64,000 nucleotides of DNA from assembly GCA_016748015.1 (NCBI GenBank), contig JAAOMT010000230.1, positions 160,669 to 224,668 on the forward strand. Reading direction: 5' to 3'. The stretch is from Geosiphon pyriformis uo1. Its lineage: Eukaryota > Fungi > Glomeromycota. The notes under the pieces were generated by a model that worked only from the letters and a program-made list of their open reading frames with translations, was not told the origin of the DNA and ran no database searches. A program made the position numbers and the translations under genes. This document shows positions 24,285 through 34,720 of the stretch, in pieces (the stretch's first letter is position 1; every line of letters starts with the position of its first letter).

Positions 24285-27200
24285 TTATTTCCTCCATTTT
24301 AATATTAAGCTTCATCAAGATCTCCCAAATCTTCTAGCTCTAATTTTCCATTATTGAGTAGTTCTTGGACTTTTTTTTCGAGAATTATTTGTGTTATTTT
24401 GTTTTGTAATTCTTCAAATTAGGCATTGGTTATTTTTCCTATTTGGTTGACAGTAACAGTGTCCATTTCAGTGTTAAGCAAAATTTCTGGTCGATCTTAA
24501 AATCCAGTATATAGCCAATAAATAACTCTTGCTTGTATGGTTAAATTGTTTTTTCTCACAAATTGTTCCAGTTGTTGTAGTATTGTTGTATTGAATAATT
24601 GTTTTGTCTTATCCATATATAAATTCTGAATGTTCACATGTTGTTCTAAGTAAAAGTAACAAAAGTTTCTTGGAAATTGTTGTATCCACCAGTCTCAGGT
24701 TTTTATAGTCAACTCTTAATATTGGGTAACTTTGAGTTGTGTTTTTATTGCCAATTTTACTTTTGCCATTATTTTGTCAACAGTGTTTTCTGTTTTTCTT
24801 CATACTTTATCTCATAGTCTTTTTTTGGTGTTTGTATATCTGATAGTTTGTTGATTAATTGTGATTTCCATTTCTTGTTGTTGGATTAATTGAAAGAGTT
24901 GTTGTGCTAGTAAGTGAATGTTGTCGGTAATTTCTATTTTTCTGATGTCTTCTGTCATGTCTACTATGTCTTTATATACTCTTTCTATTGTTTAATTGTA
25001 CATGTTTGGTCTAATGATTATGATTGGTTCCAGATCTCATGAAATCTTATCTGGTTGAACTAGTATTCTCTTTACTCCTAATTGTGGAATATTACTGGTA
25101 AATAGTAACACTATATAGTAATATGGTTTCAGTCAATTACTATGTGCTGCTTTGGCTAAAATTTTGTTGTTTTATCTTAATTTATAAGCTTCATTTCCAA
25201 GAATTTCTTCTATGTAAAATGGTCCATCTCATTTGGGATCAAATTTTCCACTCCATTGTTTTTCCACTTTGGTACAATGTAGAAGTACTTTGTTTCCAAT
25301 CTTGAATTCAACTGGTTTATCTGGTAGTTGGTTATCATGTCTTTTTTTTTGTTTTTCCTGTGACTTTTGGATGTTATTAGCTGCTTTTCGTTGTTTGTTT
25401 TCTAGTGTTTCCATCAAGTTATATGTTTTTTTCAACAATGTTTTCTGAAAATTGTCTTCAGTTATTGGTTCTGTTGAATAAGTGTTGATTTCTATCTCAA
25501 CTGGTAATGTTGCTGTTCTACCGTATACCAATTTAAATGGTATTGCTTGTGTGGTATTTTGCTTCATTGTCCGATAAGCAAATAGTACTGATAGTATGAA
25601 CAAATCTCATTTGTCCTGGTTTTCTTGACTGATTTTGGTAATTGCTTCACACAATGTTCTGTTAAACCTTTCAATTAACCCATTTGTTTGTGGATGGTAT
25701 AGTGATGATAATGGTCTTTCGATTCCAAATCTTTAACTTAATTTTGCTAATGTTCTATTTACAAAGTGAGTTCTTTAATCAAATAATAATTTTTTTGGAC
25801 ATTCATATCAACAGATTAAATCTTGGTGGACAAATTCAGCAACAGATTCTGCATCTGCTCTTTGAATGGCTTTTGCTTCTGGCCATTTTGTGAGATAATC
25901 TATGGCTACTGCAATATATCTGTTGCCTCTGCTAGTGATTGTTAATGGTTCGACTAGATCAATTCCAATGCAGTCAAATGGTTGTCCTACTTTGATTGGT
26001 CTCAATGGTTTACTGGGTTTTGTTTCACCTCTTCTCTAACAAACATCACAATTTTGAACATATTAGATAATGTCTGGATATATAGATGGCCAATAATATC
26101 GTTTTCTGGTTCTTTTTATGGTTGCTTCTTTATGAAAATGTCCTGCTGTTGGATCTGAGTGCATGTTGAATAATATTGTCTCTCTCTCTGGTTCTGTGAC
26201 TACTCTGGTTGGTTGATTTGGCTTTCTTCTGTTCTTCTGGTAAAGTATATTTTAATGGTTGATAAAATATTTTGATTGTTGTTTTATGTTTCTTTGTTCC
26301 TTTTGAGATAATTTCTTCTTGAACAATTAAGTATTTATATAATATTGTAGTTGTTGGTATTTTTGGATATTTATTTTTTGTTATATTTTTGGGTTAAGAT
26401 GTTTTAGATTTGTCTCATTTGTGACAATCTGTTGGCATTTTCATTGTCTTTTCTTTTTTTATAATGTATGGTATAATTGAATAGTGAAAGTTCTATTTTC
26501 TATCTGGCATGGCAATTGTCTCTGAATTCTTGTTTCTGGATTGAAGTCAATCCCTTGTAATCAGTGTACACATTAAACTTTTGACTCAAGTATTTTTTCC
26601 ACTTGATAACAGCCCAATAGATAGTTAAGTGTTCTAGTGCTGAAGTTCCATAGTTTTTTTCAGCTGGACTTAAGCTTCTACTGGCATAAGCTACTGAATG
26701 CTCTCTTTCATTTGATTCTCTCTGCGATAGTACTGCTCCCAATGCTTGACCTGATACATCAGTGGTAATAATAAATGGCTTGCTATGATCCAGATAGATC
26801 AGTACTGGAGCTTGAATAAGCTTTTTTTTTAATGTATCAAAAGCTTCTTGCTGGGTTTCTGTTCATTTATATTTGGTGTTCTTTGTTTGGAGCTAATGTA
26901 GTGGTTGAGCTATTTTGGAAAAGTCTTTGATAAAGTGGCAGTAGTATCCAGCAAATCTCAAGAATGCTTTCAATTTTGTGAGATTATTTGGTACTGGAAA
27001 GTTTTTAACAATCTCAATCTTGTTTGAATCTGTTTTAATTCTGTCTTTGCTCACTACATGTCCCAAAAACTTGAGTTCTATTTTTCCAAAGAAACATTTG
27101 ATTGCATTTAGCTTTAATCCGGCTCTTTTTAGTCTTTCAAACACTTGTTGGAGATAATGCAAATGATTATCAAATGTTTTTGAAAACACATTAGTGTTAT

Positions 27201-28233
27201 CCAAGTATACGACTACTGATTTTTATAGTAATCTAGTATAGACAATTTCCATGAGCTGTTGAAATGTTGCTGAAGCATTCATCAAGCCAAATGGCATGAG
27301 TTCAAATTCAAAATTCTCTTCTCTTGTTGTAAACACAGTCTTTTTTTTGTCAGCTGGATTTATGGCTACTTGCTAGTAACCATTATCTAGATCTAATGTT
27401 GAGAACTATTTATTTTTACTGAAAGCATCAAATAACTCCTAAATCTATGGAGTTGAATAACTGTTTCTATGAGTAATACTATTGAGTTTTCAATAATCCA
27501 CACAAAAGCAGATTTTCCCATTTTTCTTCCAGACTAGTATTATTGGTGATGACTATAGACTTATTGATGACTGAATTAGCCCATTGTCAAGCATTTGATT
27601 GATTTCTTGACAAATGATCTCATGGCTAGCTGGTGGTACTCTGTATGCTCTTTGTTTAATTGGCATTGCATCTCCAGTCTTGATTTGATACTGGATGATG
27701 TTGGTGTGGCCAAATTTATTTTCGCTAGCAAAGATGTCATTGAAATTGCTGAGTAACATCTTTAGTTGCATCTGTTGGAGTGAGTCTAGATTCCTTATAT
27801 TTATCTGTTCCAATTGTTCTGGTTGGAGCAAATAACATTCGCTTCATCCGTAGATGGTTTGTAATGTAATATCCACATATTTGCAAAGCTATAGAAAATC
27901 TAGAATGTGGTTTGGTGGTTGATTCTCCACTTTGGTGGTTAAATATCCAATAATGGTTCTCTTTAGTATTTCAATAACACTTTCCATTGTGTTGTGAATA
28001 AAAATTTTGATGTTTTTGGGGCTTTTGGCTGATATGTAGAGATTAGTAAGTCTAATTTCTCCTGATTCACAAATAGTGGCTTCTGCTTCAAACAACTGAG
28101 CTTGATTTTTTACTTCTCTTTTTATGGCTAACATATACTGGTCATATGGTGGAATGGAAATTAATTAACAGGTTGAGATAATTTCTTCTTTGTCAATAAC
28201 TTTTTCCTCTGCCATATTAATTAGTACATCTAT

Positions 28234-28615
28234 TCTACCTGTTGATCCGAATCCCTGTATCCCTCTAGCTGTGATCCCTAATTCTTCCCTGTTTCCCACT
28301 AACATTAGCTAAGCTACTTTCACCAAAAGTAAAGATTACCTGTGCTATCTTTTCATTTGGATCTATGATATATGCTTTTTCTAAGTTATTTTATAGCATA
28401 GCAATGATATTTCTTATGTATCTTGTGTCAATTATTTCTTCTCTAATGGTGATTTCTTTTTTTGTTAAACTACTTCTGAATGCTAGTTGAATCATTGTTG
28501 TTGCTGAAATTTCTAGTGCTATTTTCAGATCGATACAAGTGTGTGAATATGGTTCCAATTTGATGGAATTTTTCTCTGGATATTTTAGATTAAACTCTGC
28601 ATTAGTATCATGCAC
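28234..28615 (-). pseudogene. dUTPase domain within the Gypsy polyprotein
   Basis: Five trimeric-dUTPase motifs in order: AEFNL (AGFDL), RSSL, EIIDTRY (GIID.GY), KIAQ, RGIQGFGSTG. Confidence 0.85.
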
Positions 28616-31600
28616 ATGTTCAAGCCTGATATTTTCATTATTATTGCTGAATCATTTCAGTTTCTGCTTCTTGGTAAGGTCAGGGAGTGTGATATATGTT
28701 TTGGGATTTGAATTGAAGTCTGAATGATTGTTATTTTCATTGCCATATTGAGTGGAGCTGGAACCATTGTTTTCATTGTCATCATTGTCGGAGTTTAAAT
28801 TGGGGTTGAAAGTTGATCCCGATTTTGATGCACAGCAGCTGATTGGTTTGTCCTCTTCTGGAATTGTGTAAATTATGCATGATAGTGAATTGTAGATGAG
28901 ATCACACTCTTTAGAATACTGGAAGTCACATAAGATCAAATAGTGGTCACATAATTAGGTGTTTATTTCTTCCAAGAATTGTTCTTGCTCTTCTTTAGTA
29001 AGTGCCAAATTCTGGTAATGCTCATAAAACTCCTCTGGGCCTGTTTTTATGTCAAGGAAAGCATCTGGGTTTGGAATGAGGATAATGTCAACTGGCTCTG
29101 GTGGGTAGTTCTTAATTTTTAAGATTTCACTAGGCATGACTCCTTCGATTTTGGCATTGGCTATATGCCAGATCTTGTCTTCATCATGTGAATACCCATC
29201 CAAGCAATTGATTGCTCAGTGCTAGACTGCAGTAATAGGTGTTTCACAACTCACCCAGTCGCTAATAAGAATCATGTATTGGCACGAAGCATCACACATT
29301 TTTCTTTGTCTGGAAATGTTGTTTTACATTCTTTCATTGAGCAACTGTTTACTGCAAGCAAGACATAGTTTATTGTTCCACTTTTCTTGACATTTTGAGT
29401 ATCCATATCATTCTCTATGACATGGGTTACAATAATAATGTGTGCATGTTCAGTAGTCTTTGTTTGGTGCTATCCAAGCTCCCATGAAAGAAAGTTTCTT
29501 CTCACAGTTTTTGTATTTAAGGAGTATATATGGTGGCTTCTTTATCAGTTTCTATAAGTATTCTCTTTCTCAGCTACTAGTTATTTCTTCTGTGGCAGTG
29601 GTTCCTTCAGTTAAATCTTTTTCCTTTCTTTTTTCTTTTCCTTTGTCAGTTTCTTTCTATTCCCAGGTTGGTAGTTTATTTGAGTCATTGTTAGTTTTTC
29701 AGTCTTGGTTGGCATTCCAGATAAGTTTTTCTTTTTTCTTTTCTTTTCCATTATTGTCCCAGAAGAGTATTGGTGGTAACTCGTTGTGGTCTTCTTCAGC
29801 CTATGATACTTGATAGGCTTCCCAAGTAGGTTTTTTTTCTTCTTCCTCAAACTTAATGAGTGGTGTTGTTAAGTTGGTGGTCTTGAAATGGCTACATGTG
29901 GCTGGTACATGTGTGTGTTAGCCGTTCTGGCTAATTTGAAGCTTCTGCATATTCCAATTAAGCAATGCATTGGTTTTGAATAGCCAATCATTACTAATAA
30001 GTGCTTGATATTGGGTGGCTTCCATAACCAGTACTTTGATTGGAACAATGATACTGTTAACTTTGATAGGGAAGTCATCAATCTTACTAATAAGAGTTTT
30101 GGTTGCTCCATTAGTGGTTATGATCCTGGTGCTGGCAGTATGATCAACTTGGCAACCTAATTGGTTCATAAGTTGTCTTATAATAATGCTGCCAGCTGAT
30201 CCACTGTCTAGGATTAGATTGATGGAGTGGCCATCAACTTTGACATCAGTGTACATGGCAGTAATAGGTTTTTTTTCTAGAGCGGCTCCACTAAATAATG
30301 GCATGATTGACAGTTCTTCGAGTTCAAATAAGAAGATAGTGTCCAGTGATTCATTCTCGGTAATGGTAGCTGGCAGAATGTTGCTGGTAAGTGTTGGTTA
30401 TTGGTTGGTTTCCGGGTTATTGGGTTGGGCATCTTTTGAGAAGACCAAGAGACTTAAATAGTGTTGGGAATTCGGGTTTTGGGAGTTCTTGGTATCTGAA
30501 TTCTATTGTCAAAATCCTGATGGCTGGCTTAAGGAACTGGGAAATGGTTGATAGACTACCATTGACGATTTCTAGCTTTGTTGTGTCAGTTTTGGTCTCT
30601 GGATTCCATTTTAAGGTAAGTTCTGTGGTGGTGCTTAAATTTGTTGAGACTGATAAATTACCTGAAACTGCAGCTAATAAATGAGTTGGGGCTGTGGTTG
30701 ATAAATGATGAGTGTTGTTGGCTGATAAATTGGTGGTTAATAGATTGACTGTTGTGTTATAAGTAGGTAATTCAGTTGATACAGTTCTGGTGATTAATTA
30801 CTAACATATTTCTGAGTTTGTAGTCAGCAATCAGAGTTTCAATACTGATGGCCTGATCTTTGTTCATTTAGCTGTTTATGGCATTCAAACTGTAAATGTT
30901 CTTGTTTACCACAATAGTGGCAAGCATGTGTTTCCTGTTGTCACTATTGATTGATTGAGGATGTTGGATGCAACTGATCCTAGAACCAATTTGCGTTTCT
31001 GGAATTATTGCATTGTTGTAATGATTGATAAATTGTGTGACTGTTAGCTAAGTATCCTTCTAATTTCTGATTGATGGAATTACTAAATTGTTTTAATTTG
31101 GAATCCAATTCAGATGATTCATTCATTACTAGATTAATGGCTTGGGCATAGTTAGCTTTAAGTTCAGCAGCTTCAAAATCTCTGGTATTTGTAACTGCAG
31201 CTTGAAAGTCTGCTGGATGCATTGGGTGCATGCATTGGAGAATGCTACTGCACAGGCCTCTGATGAATTGATTTAGGATTTGTGGTGCTGTAAAATAATC
31301 AGCCTATATGGCCTGGATTTGGCATAGATTTCTGTGAAAACATCCTAAGTAAGTAGTAACTGCTTCATTTTCTCCTTGCTTGATGGTGGTAAAAGTGTTT
31401 GCCAATTAATTGATGCTATTATTATTACTAAAATATTGTAGGAATGCAAGCTTAAATGCATTAAAATTCTGGGGTTTGTTGGCTAAGCTTTGATATCATG
31501 AGTCAGCAGTATCCTGGAGAAAATAAAAGATGACTTGGAGGGCTCTTGCATTATTTCATCCATTGGCCGTGATGGTCTTTTCAATGTCATTGAGCCATAT

Positions 31601-32653
31601 TTGGGCATCGTTTTCTTTGCCAGTGAACTTCTCCAGTTTTACTATTGGAGCATAGACCATTGGATCCAAGTTCAGTTGTAGTAGTAGTTGTAATTGTTGT
31701 TGTAGCTGTTGAAGTGGCTGTTGTGGTTATTGGGGTGGTTGAAGTGGCTGCTATTAAATTGGTTCAATAATCAGTTTAATTGGTGGTTGATTGATGATGA
31801 TTACTAGAGATAAGTTTTGCTGATTAATTGTTTCAGGATTCAGATTGTTTTGAGTTTGCTGAGTTCAAATGTTCAGAGTTTTAACTTCCAGATTTTCTAA
31901 GATTGGGTTTTGGTAAGTAAATTCTTGATCTTCAGCTTTTTTTTCTTCTTTTTCCTCTGATTCCATTATTTCTCAGGGACTTGCATTTCCGAAATCTGGT
32001 TGAGATGGCAGTAATTGAAATCCTAATGACATCAGCAATCGCAATTTAAATTCTTTAAAATAATCACCATAGGTTTCTAGTAATTCTGCTTTCTTTTGTT
32101 TACTTTGAAATAGAAGTTATTCAACTGTTGATGTCACATGTAATGTGGACATACCTGTTGATAGGATGTTAATGGCACTTCTGGGTATATAGTGGTATAA
32201 AGAGTTTGTTAATGATTCAACTCTAGTTTTCTTCCAAATAGGTGGTTGGATCTCTTTTGGTGTTGCTGTTGGTATTTGTAGTCTTTCTTTTCTTTTGTTT
32301 ATGTAGGTGATGGGGAATTGTTGTTGTGTGTATTTTTCAATGGTTTGATTAATTTTCCTGATGATTGGTGTGAAACTGTAGTTTCTTGGTAAGCTGGTAT
32401 ATTGAAATAATTCTGTATAGAAATTTTTCCTTGTGGATTCAATGTTAACTGTTTCTCATAAGCAGTCTGTAATTTTATTGTTGACATAAAAGTTGAAGAC
32501 TGACTTTGCTGGAAAATGGTTATTGTTTAATCCTAATTGTTGGGTGTACTGTTGAAACAAGGATTTGGTGAATCCTAAGTGGTTTGCTCCTATGATTTCT
32601 GATTCTACTACTTTTGGATGATTGTTGTTGGTACTGTTCTTTGTAGAATTATA

Positions 32654-32670
32654 CCTCACAGGGAGCACCA
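32654..32670 (-). promoter_or_regulatory. Primer-binding site of element C, probably elongator tRNA-Met
   Basis: TGGTGCTCCCTGTGAGG lies 2 nt after the LTR. Its complement CCTCACAGGGAGCACCA resembles the 3' ends of eukaryotic elongator tRNA-Met (recalled, not searched). Confidence 0.7.
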
Positions 32671-32672
32671 AA

Positions 32673-33540
32673 TGTTACAAATGATTATTTGTGGTCTCAA
32701 TTCAAATAACAAATCTGTAACTTAGTGCTTAGTGACTAATTTGATGAATTATGATGGTAATATTGGTATGTTGTTTTTATCTGAAGATTTTGATTGAGTC
32801 TTTTGTATAATAGACAGAGATTCAATGTTGTCTTTCCAGTAGCTTCCTGGAATTGCAATTCTGTCGAATTTTTTTCTCAGCATGGTGGCCAGTAATCTGG
32901 CAGTAATGCCCTTCTGGTAAGCTAGCCATTAATATATATAATTCTTATACCCTTCCTTTGGGGTCTTTTACCAGGCTATTCTTGACATCAATAACTCAGC
33001 GCTTCATCTTCAATCAATTAGTAACTTCAAAAGAAATAACAAAATAAAATAAAAAGAAAATAAAAGAAAATAAAAAAACAATTAAAAGCAATTACAAATT
33101 AGTATTTCATCAATAGCTGTGATCAAGAACTATTGTTCCAATGTGGTTAAGTATTACTTGCTTTCAACATGTAGTGTTAATAGTGGAGAGTAAATTAAGA
33201 TAACAAATAGTTATTTATTGATATAAAAGGTTGTTTAGAACAAATCTAAACTGGGAGATCTGTTTTTTCTATTTTTAATGCTACCACTATATATACATAA
33301 TTGAGATTCCTCAATTTCTCATTTTTCACACCAGAAATTTTAGAATTCTTGAAATCCTGCAATTCCTTTTGAGAGGAATCCTGGAATTTTGAAATCTTGC
33401 GATTCCTTGTATGAAAATCCTAAGATTTCTGGAATCCTGCAATTTCTCTTGAGAAGAATTCTGGAATTCCATATTTACTATGGCTACTTCTGATTGGCTA
33501 ATTTATATCTTAATATATTTTTTATATTCTATGAGTAACA
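32673..33540 (-). repeat. 5' LTR of element C
   Basis: Direct repeat of 23417-24284; CCAAT and TATATATA boxes flank a TTC(N2-3)GAA repeat array in U3. Confidence 0.95.
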
Positions 33541-34720
33541 GTATTTTGTTTTTAAAATATAATTTTGATATTAGTGATTTGGACAAATCTGACTTCTTTA
33601 AAATTTTTTATTTACTTAAATAATTTGGTATTGTTTTTGTTAAATAATTATATAATTAAAAAGACAGTATTTTTAAATAAAAAATTTTAAGTATTAAAAA
33701 AAATTGAATTTTTGTGGTTTTGTTTTTGGTTAATTTAATTCTGCTGTTAAATTTTTGATTGGTTTAGCTTTTTGCTTTGTTGTTTTGTTTTTTGCTATCA
33801 AGTTTTAGTCTTTAAATATTTTTGGTTTATATAAATTTAATATGATTTATAATAAGTTATTAAACATTAATATAGCATATTTTTTAATTTATATTAATAG
33901 TTTTCTAAGCAATTTAAATTCTGTTAATATAAAAGCTAATATTACAGACTTTTTTGAAAATGTAAATTTAGGTTTAGATATTAAAATTTTAAAATTAGTT
34001 TTATTTATTATGGCTAAATTATATGTTATTATACTTGTTTTGAAATGTGTCTTTTTTTTTGTATAGTTAATTTGTTTTTTGACAGCCAGATAGCTTTAAA
34101 TACATCTTATTTGGAGTTGGTTTTAACTTTTTTAGACTTTTATAATTATTGTTGAGTTAAATGTTAGCATATTATAAATATTATTAAGAAAAAAAATTTA
34201 TATGTTAATTAATATAAAATTAAAGACTACTTAAGTATTTTAGATAATAAAAAAACCAATATTTTAGCTAATACTGCCTTATTTTTTAATGTAGTGCTTC
34301 CAGTCTATATATAAAAATATTTTATTAAAGTTAATAGTAAAGTTGTTTTAAGAAATACAAAATATTTTGTTTGTAAAGTTTTTTAAATAATCTATTATAT
34401 TTGTTAAAAAATTAAATTTAGGACTTATATTTTAAAAATTAGCTTACTTGAAAACATAAATTGAGTTAAATTAACAGTTATATAACATATTGATTTCTAT
34501 ATGTCAATTGGATTTATAAGCAAATTTATAATTAAATTATATTTATATTTTATAAAAACTTTATATTATAAACTATTTATAGCTGTTTATAAGCATCTAT
34601 ATAATAAATATTATTATAGTGTTTTATGTTTGTTTTATAAAAAAATTAAATCTATAAATTATGTTTTTTTTTACAAATTAGATAGTAAAACTTACAAAAA
34701 ATTATTAGATATCTATATAA

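Larger units (their letters stand above)
24299..32671 (-). pseudogene. Single Gag-PR-(Cys-rich)-dUTPase-RT-RNase H-IN-extension polyprotein of element C (~2,790 codons), many stops, two apparent 1-nt frameshifts (~28330, ~26455)
   Basis: Gag (LEKFTG..W..D), knuckle CHYCGKQEHLQFEC, PR LILDSGS, RT YLD(N), RH ASRSLSPAEKNY, IN HHCC + IGIDL + DYLTKWPEA + GPF. ORF fragments fall in one frame except ~26460-28330. Confidence 0.9.
23417..33540 (-). mobile_element. Full-length Ty3/Gypsy element C (10.1 kb), 4-bp TSD GCAT/GTAT
   Basis: 868-bp LTRs with TGTTAC...GTAACA ends, PBS and PPT; domain order gag-PR-RT-RH-IN; TSD at 23413-23416 and 33541-33544. Confidence 0.95.

Noticed and set aside
24299-25003. 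env gene in the post-integrase position
   Set aside because: In frame with integrase; no signal peptide, furin site or TM helix.
30390-30780. Apparent gag/pol programmed frameshift (an open Thr/Ser-rich alternative frame)
   Set aside because: The Gln/Pro-rich (IYQP-repeat) frame is continuous from the Zn knuckle to the protease. It looks closed only because CAA/CAG/CGA/TGG codons mutated to stops.
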